Source of the DNA: an uncultured Candidatus Saccharibacteria bacterium
GTDB lineage: Bacteria > Patescibacteriota > Saccharimonadia > Saccharimonadales > Saccharimonadaceae
DNA: 64,000 nucleotides
NCBI GenBank assembly: GCA_963456275.1
Contig: CAUOLJ010000003.1
Location: 201-64,200, forward strand
Reading direction: 5' to 3'
The notes beneath the pieces were generated by a model. That model did no database searches. It saw only the letters and a program-made list of their open reading frames with translations, and had not been told where the DNA came from. This document shows positions 27,178-37,025 of this stretch, piece by piece. Position 1 is the first letter of the stretch. Each line of letters starts with the position of its first letter. A program made the translations under genes and the position numbers.

Positions 27178-27540
27178 ATGCTCGCAATTCGTTTGCAACG
27201 TTTGGGCCGCAAGGCTTATCCGGTATACCGCGTCGCCGTCCAGGAAGCACAGCGCCATCCATCGAGCGGCCGCGTGGTCGCTTATGTCGGTAGCTACAAC
27301 CCGCATACCAAAGACGCCAATATCAATGTCGAGGCTGCTCAAAAATACCTTGATAACGGCGCTCAACCGACGCCGCGCGTTGCGAAGTTGTTAAAAGAAG
27401 CTGGCGCCAAGCTGCCGAAATGGGTTAAAGAGTTCCAGGGCGGCAAGACCAAAGCGGTCAAGAATGCTGAAAAGTTGCGCAAGAATCAGCCAAAAGAAGA
27501 GCCAGCCGCCGAAGAGGCAGAAGCTCCAGCTGAAGCCTAA
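27178..27540 (+). CDS. rpsP: 30S ribosomal protein S16
   Basis: MLAIRLQRLGRK..P.YR...GSYNP...GAQPT. Confidence 0.96.
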   Translation: MLAIRLQRLGRKAYPVYRVAVQEAQRHPSSGRVVAYVGSYNPHTKDANINVEAAQKYLDNGAQPTPRVAKLLKEAGAKLPKWVKEFQGGKTKAVKNAEKLRKNQPKEEPAAEEAEAPAEA

Positions 27541-27670
27541 CGCTTTTAATTACGAACTAACGCGCTCTAACTGCATGGCTGGAGCGCGTTTTTCGATTTC
27601 ATAGCAAAAGCATGTTACAATGAAAGTACGATAGTAACCGTGTGACCGCAAAGGAGGAGATACCGTGGGC

Positions 27671-28072
27671 ATGTCGACCATTGACCAGGAATTTGTCGAA
27701 TATATCGTAAAATCACTAGTAGGACATCCAGATGACGTGGTTGTTGACCGGATTGTCGACGAGAAGGGCGTTTTGCTGACACTAACTGTTAATCCAGAAG
27801 ATTTGGGCCGAGTGATTGGCCGCCGCGGCTCGACCGCGCAAGGGCTGCGCACGCTGCTGCGAGCGTTGGGTGCTAAAAATACCGCTCATTACAACCTGAA
27901 AATCGTCAATAATGACGACCGCGAGGACGCCGATTCGGCTGCAGTGGATAATGATGTGGAAAACGCTACTAGTGATTCTGTGGAAAATGACGCAGAAAAC
28001 GCAGAAACCGAGAGCGATTTCGCAAAAAAGTCGCGCCAAGAGCTTGCAGAATTAGACGACCTTGATATATAA
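27671..28072 (+). CDS. khpA: KH-domain RNA-binding protein
   Basis: DLGRVIGRRG; follows rpsP. Confidence 0.88.
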   Translation: MSTIDQEFVEYIVKSLVGHPDDVVVDRIVDEKGVLLTLTVNPEDLGRVIGRRGSTAQGLRTLLRALGAKNTAHYNLKIVNNDDREDADSAAVDNDVENATSDSVENDAENAETESDFAKKSRQELAELDDLDI

Positions 28073-28178
28073 TCATAAGTAAGTTCATGCGAGAACCTTG
28101 AACTATCGAAGAAAACAAAGTACAAAAGCTCTACTGCGAGCAAACCAACAAATGGTTTGAGAGACTTATTTGTGCAAG

Positions 28179-28205
28179 AAAGCCGTCTTTTGAGGCGGCT
28201 TTTTT
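28179..28205 (+). terminator. Intrinsic terminator
   Basis: AAAGCCGTC-TTTT-GAGGCGGCTTT followed by T-run. Confidence 0.75.
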
Positions 28206-28509
28206 GTTGGGGTGAAATTTCGAGAAGGCCAGGCGTAATTTATTACACTAAAAGCCAAACGTGTCAATTGAGACTATACAACTATTTTTGTAAAAGCACA
28301 AATATATAGATAAAATATAATGTATAATAAGTCAAATACTATTAGGCAATAAAATCTAGATTGCAGTAAATTATTGCAAGACATGAAAATAGCCCGCCGA
28401 AAACGTGCTCAAGCTGGAAACTGGGTATTCAACCCAGGAAACGCAGAAATGCGCGTCTCGGACCAGATTGAACAGTAGTTTTCAGCGAGCTATTCTCGAG
28501 CGGGCTGTG

Positions 28510-28662
28510 TCAGCCCCTCAGGCCTCTATAGAGGCCCACACAGAATGCTGCGAGGAGCGAGTGACCGCTCTCTACGGCCTTGATGTACCACTTGAGCGCG
28601 CACATCTGCGCGCGCTCAAGTGGGTTGGGCTTGAACCTAGGATCGGCGGTAACAGTCGGCAT
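28510..28662 (-). CDS. Small orphan ORF (50 aa, MPTVTADPRF...GLYRGLRG)
   Basis: AAAGGAGG SD 6 nt before ATG 28662; own promoter. Confidence 0.5.
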   Translation of the reverse strand: MPTVTADPRFKPNPLERAQMCALKWYIKAVESGHSLLAAFCVGLYRGLRG

Positions 28663-28681
28663 GACCGTCCTCCTTTCTTCT

Positions 28682-28766
28682 TTGCTCAAAGCAAGGGCGA
28701 CTTTCGCCCTAAACAACTTTGAGCAAAAGTTGATATATATATATCACAGATAGACATCCGTGTCAA
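28682..28766 (-). promoter_or_regulatory. Promoter plus hairpin leader, copy A
   Basis: TTGACA-N17-TATATA, then TTGCTCAAAG..AGGGCGA-AAG-TCGCCCT..CTTTGAGCAA. Confidence 0.7.
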
Positions 28767-28786
28767 GACTTGCTACACTATAACAG

Positions 28787-29443
28787 ATGAGAAAAATTCA
28801 GGTGATTACCTTATTCCCAGAAATGTTCGCTGGCGTGTTCGGCAGTTCGATGATGTGGAAAGCGCAAAAAGACGGCTATGTTGAACTTTCGATGATTGAT
28901 TTGCGCCAGTTTGGGATTGGCCCGCGCCGCACGGTCGACGATACGCCGTACGGCGGCGGCGATGGTATGCTGCTGATGGTCGAGCCGCTATGGAATGCGG
29001 TGCAGCAGGCTAAACAGATTGACCCTGGCGCTAAAGTCTTAATCATGACACCGCGCGGCCAGCGTTGGCGGCAGGCGTTGGCGCAGCAATACAGCGAAAG
29101 CGAAGATGGTTATATTGTAATCTGCGGCCGCTACGAGGGCTATGACGAGCGAATTATGGCGCTGGTCGATCAAGAGCTCAGCGTTGGCGATTATGTGCTA
29201 ACTGGCGGCGAATTGCCAGCGATGACGATTATTGATTCAATCGTGCGGCTAATCCCTGGCGTACTCGGCGGCGAAAACAGCGCAGCGATTGAGAGCTTCA
29301 GCGACGGCGAAACGCTAGAATATCCGCAATACACTCGGCCCGAGGAATGGCAAGGTTTGCGCGTGCCAGAGGTGCTATTGAGCGGGCATCATGGCAAAAT
29401 CGCCGAATGGCGGGCGGCGCACAGTAAAAAGGCTGGGGAATAA
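28787..29443 (+). CDS. trmD: tRNA (guanine-N1)-methyltransferase
   Basis: DDTPYGGG, CGRYEG.DER, GDYVLTGGE. Confidence 0.97.
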   Translation: MRKIQVITLFPEMFAGVFGSSMMWKAQKDGYVELSMIDLRQFGIGPRRTVDDTPYGGGDGMLLMVEPLWNAVQQAKQIDPGAKVLIMTPRGQRWRQALAQQYSESEDGYIVICGRYEGYDERIMALVDQELSVGDYVLTGGELPAMTIIDSIVRLIPGVLGGENSAAIESFSDGETLEYPQYTRPEEWQGLRVPEVLLSGHHGKIAEWRAAHSKKAGE

Positions 29444-29684
29444 AGCGATTTTGCTAGTGCCGGGCAGTCCCAGCTAGCGTCAACTAAACTAGGAAACAAA
29501 ATACTCCTCGCCAAGGCAGAGGAGTATTTCATTGTTGTGGTGGATTTATCGGAGAGCGATCGATACATTTTTGTGTTTGTTTTTGTAACTTCGCTGTCTA
29601 TACAATATACGTTTTTGTGTTTAATAGCAAGCATTTTTTGGACAAAAAATAAAAAATCATGTGGAAAAATGCTATGCTAATAAT

Positions 29685-30143
29685 ATGAAACAGTTTATAG
29701 CTAGTATTTTTCCGCCAACAATTTTCAAGAAGCGCGCACAGTATGCGGCGCTGGCAGCAGGTTTCTGGACGATTATTATAATGTTGGCGCAATTGTTTAG
29801 GTTCGAAAAATTTCCAAAAACTCTAGAGTCGCTGGGGATTGGCGACGGCACTATCGCCGCGGTTGCTATAGTTCTGCTAGAATTTATTTCTTTGCCATTT
29901 TTGCTGTCTATGCCGCGGTTGAGCAAGTTAGAGCGGCGAATATCAGGTGTGTGCACATTGCTAGCGCCTGGCGTTTGGCTGATGATTAGCGCGGCTGTGC
30001 TGATGAGCGGCGGACAGGGAAAAGTTAGTTTGTTTGGCGCGGTGGCGGCGCTGCCGGGGGTGGTTAGTTTGCTGCTGACCGGCGCGTGGCTAGCAGCTGC
30101 GGCGTATTTGACTGCTAAACTGCGGCGGCTAGATTTGAAATAA
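29685..30143 (+). CDS. Hypothetical membrane protein
   Basis: Four hydrophobic segments. Confidence 0.7.
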   Translation: MKQFIASIFPPTIFKKRAQYAALAAGFWTIIIMLAQLFRFEKFPKTLESLGIGDGTIAAVAIVLLEFISLPFLLSMPRLSKLERRISGVCTLLAPGVWLMISAAVLMSGGQGKVSLFGAVAALPGVVSLLLTGAWLAAAAYLTAKLRRLDLK

Positions 30144-30176
30144 CGGCGCTCTAGTGATATATTAAGGTAGGCGCGA

Positions 30177-30251
30177 TGGGGTGTCGCCAAGTGGTAAGGC
30201 ACTGGGTTCTGGTCCCAGCATGCGGGGGTTCGAATCCCTCCACCCCAGCCA
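30177..30251 (+). tRNA. tRNA-Gln(CTG)
   Basis: TGGGGTGTCGCCAAGTGGTAAGGC..TTCTGGT..CACCCCAGCCA. Confidence 0.95.
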
Positions 30252-30263
30252 AGAAATAATGAT

Positions 30264-31577
30264 ATGAAAATAACTACTCCCCGCATTCCGAGCGGTTTCA
30301 GCGAATACCTGCCAGGCGACCAAATAGAGTTTAATCGTTTGCGCGACATTATTCGCGAAACTTATGAGCGCTATGGCTACGCGCCGCTGGACACGCCAGA
30401 TATTGAGCTGAGCGAAGTATTGTTGGCGAAGGGCGGCGGTGAAACCGAGAAACAAATCTATCGGTTTGAACGCGGCAAGAATGATTTGAGCTTGCGTTTT
30501 GATCTAACGGTGCCGCTGGCGCGCTACGTCGCCGAACATGAAGGCCAGCTGGTTTTTCCGTTCCGGCGTTACCAGATTGGCAAAGTGCACCGCGCCGAGC
30601 GAGCTCAAGCTGGACGTTTCCGCGAATTCTACCAGTGCGACATTGATGTGATTGGTTCGGAAAGCGTGGCAGCCGATGCGGAGTTTCCAGCGGTAATCAA
30701 CGATATTTTTGAGCAGTTTGCTTTCGGCGAGTTCACGATTCACATCAATAATCGTTTGGTGTTGAACGGCTTTTTCGCTGGAATTGGTTTGGCCGATGTA
30801 TCGGCGGATGTACTGCGAGTGGTTGATAAAATCGAGAAAATATCGCGTCAAGATTTTATGGCGGAATTACGCGAGTTGGGTCTTAGTGAAAAGCAAGTCT
30901 TGCAAGTAGTTGCTTTCACAGAAATTAGCGGTAGCAACGACGATATTTTATCGCAGCTAGAGTCAATGAAAAACGAGATCAATTCTGATGATTTCGCGCT
31001 TGGCACGGCAAAATTACGTGAGTTGCTGGCGATGCTGCGAAACATGGGCTTGCCAGAGCAGCGTATTCAGCTAGACTTACGGATTGCGCGCGGACTGGAT
31101 TATTATACTGGCGTAGTCTACGAAACGACGCTTGATGATTATCCAGAAGTCGGTAGTGTTTGCTCGGGCGGACGCTACGATAACTTGGCCGAGAATTATA
31201 CGCGGACACGTTTGCCAGGCGTTGGTGTGTCGATTGGTCTGTCGCGCTTATTCTATAAACTACGCGAGGCAGGCGTCGTGTCTAGTAGTCGCCAGACATT
31301 GGCGCGCTGTATGGTGGCGGCCTTTGATGATGCGCAATTCGGTGAGGCGCTGCAAATAGCTGCCGAGCTGCGGCGAGCTGGCGTGGCGACAATCCTCAAT
31401 ACCGAATCGGTGCCGTTAAAAAAGAAGCTGCGCTATGCTGATCGTCTTGGTATACCGTTGGTAGTCTTGATTGGCGAAGAAGAAGTACGCGGCCGTTTCG
31501 CGACAGTGAAGGATATGGCAACCGGTGAGAATAAGCCTATCCCCCGCCAGCAACTAGTCGAGGAGCTGCAACGATAA
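30264..31577 (+). CDS. hisS: Histidine--tRNA ligase
   Basis: LRFDLTVP, GRFREFYQCD, RGLDYY, GGRYD. Confidence 0.97.
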   Translation: MKITTPRIPSGFSEYLPGDQIEFNRLRDIIRETYERYGYAPLDTPDIELSEVLLAKGGGETEKQIYRFERGKNDLSLRFDLTVPLARYVAEHEGQLVFPFRRYQIGKVHRAERAQAGRFREFYQCDIDVIGSESVAADAEFPAVINDIFEQFAFGEFTIHINNRLVLNGFFAGIGLADVSADVLRVVDKIEKISRQDFMAELRELGLSEKQVLQVVAFTEISGSNDDILSQLESMKNEINSDDFALGTAKLRELLAMLRNMGLPEQRIQLDLRIARGLDYYTGVVYETTLDDYPEVGSVCSGGRYDNLAENYTRTRLPGVGVSIGLSRLFYKLREAGVVSSSRQTLARCMVAAFDDAQFGEALQIAAELRRAGVATILNTESVPLKKKLRYADRLGIPLVVLIGEEEVRGRFATVKDMATGENKPIPRQQLVEELQR

Positions 31578-31578
31578 G

Positions 31579-32079
31579 GTGGCTTGGCTGGTTAAGATAA
31601 TCGCCGACTGGCTGCTGATTCCGTTAGTACTGCTGGCTTTGTATGAACTATTTTTTAAGGTTGAAAGTAAGCGCCGCTATGAAATTTATTCTCGCGTGCT
31701 GATGGCCGGACTGACGTCTTATGTGATTGCTAAAATCCTTGGGCTAATATATCAGCCTGAACAGTTGCGTCCGTTTGAGCTGCTTGGCGTTAATCCGGGG
31801 GCGGCTTATCTGAATAATCCGGGATTTCCGTCGGATCACGCGCTTTTTGCGATGTTTTTGGTGCTGGCGGTCTGGTATGCGCTGCGTCGCCGCTCGATTA
31901 CTATAATTATGCTAACTATGGCGCTGCTAGTTGGAGTTGGCAGGATATTAGCGCTGGTGCATACGCCGCTTGATGTTGTCGGCGGCATGGCGGTGGCTTG
32001 CTTGGGGGCGTTGTGGTACGTGGATTGGCCTAATGTTAAGCTTGCATCTAGCAAAAAACGCAAGAATGTAGTAAAATAA
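31579..32079 (+). CDS. PAP2-family phosphatase
   Basis: RP, FPSDH, GRILALVH..D. Confidence 0.9.
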   Translation: MAWLVKIIADWLLIPLVLLALYELFFKVESKRRYEIYSRVLMAGLTSYVIAKILGLIYQPEQLRPFELLGVNPGAAYLNNPGFPSDHALFAMFLVLAVWYALRRRSITIIMLTMALLVGVGRILALVHTPLDVVGGMAVACLGALWYVDWPNVKLASSKKRKNVVK

Positions 32080-32088
32080 CTTAGTAAG

Positions 32089-32595
32089 ATGACTAATGTG
32101 GAGAAACCTATGAACAACGCAAACGAGACTGCAGCGGTGAAGCTGGAGCCGTTTATTCCGATGGACAAAAAGGATATCATTCGAGCTGCTATCTATGGAG
32201 CATTCGCTGGTGCAATACTAACGGTGTTGTATATTTTGGTTGGCCGGGTCGCGTCGGCGGTGATGTGCCGCGGCGATAGTGATTTATGCCAGAATGCGCC
32301 GCTGTATGTAGCAATTTTTTCGGTAACTTTGGTGTCAATCGGCGGATTGATACTGCTGTCGCAGGCGCGAATTTACCGGCCGTTATTTATCGTTATTGCT
32401 TCGATAGCGGCTCTATGGGGTCTGCAATCGTATTTAGCGCTCTTGCCGTGGTATTGGGCGATGGCGGCGATGACGGTAATTGGCGCGTTGACGTATGCGA
32501 TGTTTACTTGGTTGGCGCGATTGCGGTCGTTTATACTTTACTTAGTAGTATCGATTGTGCTGATTGTAGCGGCTCGGTTGATTATCGCTGGGTAG
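32089..32595 (+). CDS. Hypothetical membrane protein
   Basis: Five hydrophobic segments. Confidence 0.7.
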   Translation: MTNVEKPMNNANETAAVKLEPFIPMDKKDIIRAAIYGAFAGAILTVLYILVGRVASAVMCRGDSDLCQNAPLYVAIFSVTLVSIGGLILLSQARIYRPLFIVIASIAALWGLQSYLALLPWYWAMAAMTVIGALTYAMFTWLARLRSFILYLVVSIVLIVAARLIIAG

Positions 32596-32631
32596 CTGGC
32601 ACAGAACCGTTATTTGCGGTATGCTAGCTAT

Positions 32632-33708
32632 ATGGAAATAATGGTTTTGCTTATAATTTTAGTGATAGTCGTCGCAGCGGCTAGCGTGGTTATTTTTGTG
32701 TTGATGCAGCAGCTGAAGCGAGTGCAAAATAACTCGGCGGTAGAGCTGATTAAGGGCGATGTCGTTGAATTGTCGCGCTCGATCACTAATTTGCAGCAAA
32801 CAATGAGCGACAAGCTTGAACGCTCGCAGCTGTCAACTCAGCAATCGGTGCAAAAGCAGCTCAGTGAAAGTTCAAAATTGGTGGCCGATGTCACGCAGCG
32901 CTTGACCAAGCTCGACGAGACCAACAAGCGTGTCGTTGATGTGGCGACTGACCTCAAAACCTTGCAAAATGTTCTACAAAACCCCAAGCAGCGCGGTGTT
33001 TTTGGCGAATACTATTTGTCGAGTGTTCTCGAAAATATTTTGGCGCCAGGGCAGTATCAAACTCAGTATAAGTTTCGCGACGGCGAAATGGTTGATGCGG
33101 TGATTTTTCTTGATAAGGGTCAGATTCTGCCAGTTGATAGCAAATTTAGCCTCGAAAATTACAACCGGATGATTGAAGCTAGCGGCAAAGAGCGCGAGCA
33201 GCTAATGCAAAAAGTCAAAGCTGATCTGAAAGGGCGCATCGACGAAACCAGTAAATATATTCGTCCGAGCGAGCATACTATGGATTTCGCATTTATGTTT
33301 ATTCCCAGCGAATCGTTGTATTATGATTTACTGATCAATAACGTTGGCCAGGGCGGTAGTTCGCGCGATCTGATTGAGTATGCTTTTCGCGAAAAGCACG
33401 TGATTATCACCAGTCCGACTAGTTTTATGGCGTATCTACAAACGGTATTGCAAGGTTTGCGCAGTTTGCAAATCGAGGAGCAGGCTAAGGATATTCAAGT
33501 TCGTGTCGGCAAGCTCGGACAACACATCGCCAAATTTGAAGAGTACATGCAGAAGCTAGGCAATAGTCTCGGCACGACGGTCAATCATTATAACAACGCT
33601 CATAAAGAGCTCGGTAAAGTTGATAAAGACGTGGTGAAGATCGCTGGTAGCGATTCTTCTGTCGAAGTATTGGCGCTTGATCGTCCGTCGTCTATTGATA
33701 AGAAGTAA
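32632..33708 (+). CDS. rmuC: DNA recombination protein RmuC
   Basis: NPKQRG.FGE, VDSKF, TMDFAFMFIPSE. Confidence 0.92.
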   Translation: MEIMVLLIILVIVVAAASVVIFVLMQQLKRVQNNSAVELIKGDVVELSRSITNLQQTMSDKLERSQLSTQQSVQKQLSESSKLVADVTQRLTKLDETNKRVVDVATDLKTLQNVLQNPKQRGVFGEYYLSSVLENILAPGQYQTQYKFRDGEMVDAVIFLDKGQILPVDSKFSLENYNRMIEASGKEREQLMQKVKADLKGRIDETSKYIRPSEHTMDFAFMFIPSESLYYDLLINNVGQGGSSRDLIEYAFREKHVIITSPTSFMAYLQTVLQGLRSLQIEEQAKDIQVRVGKLGQHIAKFEEYMQKLGNSLGTTVNHYNNAHKELGKVDKDVVKIAGSDSSVEVLALDRPSSIDKK

Positions 33709-33724
33709 AGATTTTTGACTATCA

Positions 33725-33754
33725 AAATATCCCGCCGATAGACGGGATATTTTT
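33725..33754. terminator. Bidirectional terminator
   Basis: AAAATATCCCG..CGGGATATTTTT between convergent genes. Confidence 0.8.
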
Positions 33755-33771
33755 GTTAAGAAAGCTAAGAC

Positions 33772-34713
33772 TTAGTCTTTCTTTTGCCGGCCAGCAACCA
33801 ACACGTAGAGGTTGGCACCGACAGCTGCGCCCGCTAAAGCGCCAACTAGCGACTCGAGCGAGAAGCGTGAATTGACAACTTCGTTAGAGCCAGCTGAACC
33901 AGTAGTGAGCTCCTTTTCGGTCGAATCGGTCATTGCTAGCGCAACAGCCGGGTTAAGGCTAGCGCCCTTGACGTAAGCGACGTGAGGAATCTCAACTTTA
34001 TTAGAAGCCGAAGATGCTGCTTTGCTTTGGTAGTCGGCGATTGCTTGCGTCTTGGCGGTCGATAACAAGTAGCCAGATGTCAAAATGCCGACTGCCAGTG
34101 CCAAGCCAACGCCGAGCGCTTTGCCAGTATTGCAGGTCTCTTCGCGCGATAGAACTGCTGCTAGTCCGAATAGGAAGATAGCGGTGCCGACCAGCTCAAT
34201 GCCGAATATCGACCAGTTCATGCTGCTAAATCCACTAAAGCCGAAATTAATCGAGCCGCCAGTAACCCAGTTGGTGACAATTACAGCTAGCATAGCGCCG
34301 ATGAACTGAGCGCCCCAGTAGAACGGCAACAGTATTGTCTTGAGCTTGCGCATAGTCCACAAACCAAATGTTACGGCTGGGTTGACGTGCGAGCCCGAGA
34401 CAGCGCCGATGCTCATCACCAGCATTACTAGCGTGAAGCCGACAGCTAGCGCGCCAACGCCGCCGTCTTTGAACGTGGTCAAAGCAACCAGCGTCAATAC
34501 GAACGTACCGATTAGTTCGGCAAAGATTATATTTATGATATTTGATGGAAGATTGACGCTGCTGCGTTTAGTTGTCGTAGGTTTGGCAGCGGCAGTTTCC
34601 TTCTTTGGTGCTTCTACTTTTTCGGCAGATACTGTACGAACAGTCGTCTTGCTGGCGGCCGTTTTCTTGGCGGTCGTCTTCTTCTTGGTAGAAGCGGCTT
34701 TTTTAGTAGCCAT
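33772..34713 (-). CDS. MIP/aquaporin-family channel
   Basis: SGSHVNPAVT and SLNPAVA motifs. Confidence 0.93.
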   Translation of the reverse strand: MATKKAASTKKKTTAKKTAASKTTVRTVSAEKVEAPKKETAAAKPTTTKRSSVNLPSNIINIIFAELIGTFVLTLVALTTFKDGGVGALAVGFTLVMLVMSIGAVSGSHVNPAVTFGLWTMRKLKTILLPFYWGAQFIGAMLAVIVTNWVTGGSINFGFSGFSSMNWSIFGIELVGTAIFLFGLAAVLSREETCNTGKALGVGLALAVGILTSGYLLSTAKTQAIADYQSKAASSASNKVEIPHVAYVKGASLNPAVALAMTDSTEKELTTGSAGSNEVVNSRFSLESLVGALAGAAVGANLYVLVAGRQKKD

Positions 34714-34795
34714 GAATATTCCCTCCTTTACTGAAATATAGACATAGTATAACACAAAAATATTTTGGGTTGTATACATCTGTTATAATGATGAT

Positions 34796-35050
34796 ATGGG
34801 ACGTTATTTTGAACAGACAGAAAGCCGCAGCGAACTGCAGCAACGGATTGCTGCCGACTTGCGGGCAAAAGCAGCGCAGAAGGCAAGGCAAGAAGGCGAG
34901 CCAGTTCCGGGTGTTAGCGGCGAGCTAATCGAAAACTCAGAATATTTGAAAGGCACCAAGGCTACGACAACTCTAGCACCAGCTTGGGTGTTTATTGTAC
35001 TGATGGCAGTTGGCGTATTTGTGTTATTCGTATATCAGGTGAATAAGTAG
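34796..35050 (+). CDS. Small hypothetical membrane protein
   Basis: C-terminal TM helix, upstream TATAAT. Confidence 0.7.
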   Translation: MGRYFEQTESRSELQQRIAADLRAKAAQKARQEGEPVPGVSGELIENSEYLKGTKATTTLAPAWVFIVLMAVGVFVLFVYQVNK

Positions 35051-35057
35051 GTTAGCG

Positions 35058-36098
35058 ATGGATTTCGAGAAAGTTTTACAAGTTTTATCAGCGCGGGCGG
35101 CCCAGTCTAACCATCCGCAAGAAGTATTGCGCGCTCCAGAAATCAAAGCACTATACGACCACATCAAGACTTTGCCAAGCGATGAGCGCGGGGCTTTCGG
35201 CAAGCGAGTCAACGAGCTGAAAAAATCGCTGGAAGTGGTCATAGAAGTTCGCCGCCAGGAGCTCGATAAAGTCGATTTGCCGCCAATCGACGTGACGGCA
35301 CCGATGGATATCAATGCATCGCAGCCTGAATTACTGCCGAGTGAGCGGGGCACGATTCACCCGCTGAGCGCCGAGATTGACCGCATTTCTGACATTTTCA
35401 ACCGCATGGGCTTTGTGACGGAAGAGTCGCGTGAAATTGACGATCAATTCCATATGTTCGAGAGCTTGAACTTCCCGAAGGGTCACCCAGCACGTGATGA
35501 TTACGATACCTTCATGACCGAAGAGACTGACGCTAACGGCGACCGTTTAATTGCGCCGGCGCACACCTCGACCATGCAAAACCGCGTGCTGAAAAAATAT
35601 CATGGCAATTTGGAAAAGGGCGAGGCGATCGCCGCCATCGTGCCCGACCGGGTGTTTCGCAACGAAGATTTGGACGCGCGGCACGAGCACACGTTCTATC
35701 AAGTCGAGGGCGTGTATGTCGCCAAGGGAGTCAATGTCGGCAACCTCATCGCCACGCTGCAGGAGTTTTTGCAGGAATATTATGGCAAGAAGTTGGATGT
35801 GCGCGTCAACCCGTTTTATTTCCCGTTCACTGAACCGAGTTTTGAATTTGCGCTGAGCTGCCCGTTCTGTGAAGGCAAAAAGCCGGATTGCAAAGTTTGC
35901 TCGGGTGAGGGCTGGATTGAGCTATTAGGCTGCGGCATGATTCACCCGAATGTGCTGAAAGCTGCTGACATCGATCCGAATGAATACACCGGCTTTGCCT
36001 TTGGTTGCGGCATCGACCGCTTGGTAATGATGAAATACGGCATCGAAGACGTGCGGCATTTTGAAAGCGGTAAGTTGGACTTTTTGGAGCAGTTTTGA
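35058..36098 (+). CDS. pheS: Phenylalanine--tRNA ligase alpha subunit
   Basis: HPARD, HTS, FPFTEPS, GCGMIHP. Confidence 0.97.
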   Translation: MDFEKVLQVLSARAAQSNHPQEVLRAPEIKALYDHIKTLPSDERGAFGKRVNELKKSLEVVIEVRRQELDKVDLPPIDVTAPMDINASQPELLPSERGTIHPLSAEIDRISDIFNRMGFVTEESREIDDQFHMFESLNFPKGHPARDDYDTFMTEETDANGDRLIAPAHTSTMQNRVLKKYHGNLEKGEAIAAIVPDRVFRNEDLDARHEHTFYQVEGVYVAKGVNVGNLIATLQEFLQEYYGKKLDVRVNPFYFPFTEPSFEFALSCPFCEGKKPDCKVCSGEGWIELLGCGMIHPNVLKAADIDPNEYTGFAFGCGIDRLVMMKYGIEDVRHFESGKLDFLEQF

Positions 36099-36377
36099 TT
36101 CTAGGCGGCAAGATAGGCAACTATTCTTTGTGACTGGCTATCGCCAAAATAATAACGATAATAATTCTTTGGGTCTGATACAAATACTATCAGTGTAGTC
36201 GCTCGGCGAACTTAAGCGTACTGGTTCATTGATATATGGCTTGATGAGTTGTGTAAATTGATATTCGTCGGGTATCTGTTTCAATTTTTTGCTGGATAAT
36301 TATTCATACAATAATCTTAAATTATATCAAGAAAAGTAGACAGTTTTATAACCTATACAGATTTCATAGACTAAAAT

Positions 36378-36671
36378 CTATTCAGCAAGGGAACGATATC
36401 CATTATCGTCAAACAGGCTACTAGCCCCTGCCGCTTTATATAAGGCATCCACTGCCAAAAGCATATCATTCTGAAGCGCCGGCTGATTATCAATATTCTT
36501 ATTATAGAAATCCCGCAACGACTCCGGATAACCTTCATCAGACGCATCGTATAGGAACGTATCTTGTAGCAGCTTCTTCTGCTCAGGCGTAATATCATCA
36601 AAAAACTTTGGATGAAAATCATAAAACCATTCAAGACGGGTTTGTAATTCTAGATATCTATCGTAGTTCAT
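36378..36671 (-). CDS. Hypothetical protein (97 aa)
   Basis: ATG-initiated ORF of plausible composition. Confidence 0.65.
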   Translation of the reverse strand: MNYDRYLELQTRLEWFYDFHPKFFDDITPEQKKLLQDTFLYDASDEGYPESLRDFYNKNIDNQPALQNDMLLAVDALYKAAGASSLFDDNGYRSLAE

Positions 36672-36741
36672 GACTATATTATATATAATTCAGGGAATGG
36701 CCCCTCTCTGGATGTGGAGAGGGGCATCCTCGAGGACTATC

Positions 36742-36951
36742 TCACTCCTCGTCCTCCTTGTCGTCGGAGTGGTACTTCAGCCAGCTCGGCGTGCCCTCGT
36801 TGTACATGTAGTACCCGTCGGAGTGCGGTTCGCCAGAGGTCTGGCCGTGGTGCATGTGCTCAGGCTGGTTGGGGTCGACAACCCACGCTTCGTCGCCAGG
36901 GTTAGGGACGAGGTAGCTGGCGATGTCGTTCAGATCGCGCCGGTTCGGCAT
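36742..36951 (-). CDS. Small acidic orphan protein (69 aa)
   Basis: AGGAG SD, strong C/G third-position bias, downstream hairpin GCCCCTCTC/GAGAGGGGC. Confidence 0.65.
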   Translation of the reverse strand: MPNRRDLNDIASYLVPNPGDEAWVVDPNQPEHMHHGQTSGEPHSDGYYMYNEGTPSWLKYHSDDKEDEE

Positions 36952-37005
36952 GATCATCTCCTGTCTACTCAAGGATGGCTGCATCTCAGCCTAGAGTGTA
37001 TGATA

Positions 37006-37025
37006 TAGAATAGAATAGAATAGAA
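37006..37025. repeat. (TAGAA)4 microsatellite in a promoter spacer
   Basis: Lies between minus-strand TTGACA (37033-37028) and TATCAT (37005-37000). Confidence 0.85.

Noticed and set aside
29672..30349. 225-aa minus-strand ORF and the many other shadow ORFs in the track
   Set aside because: Antisense or out of frame to confident genes or tRNAs.
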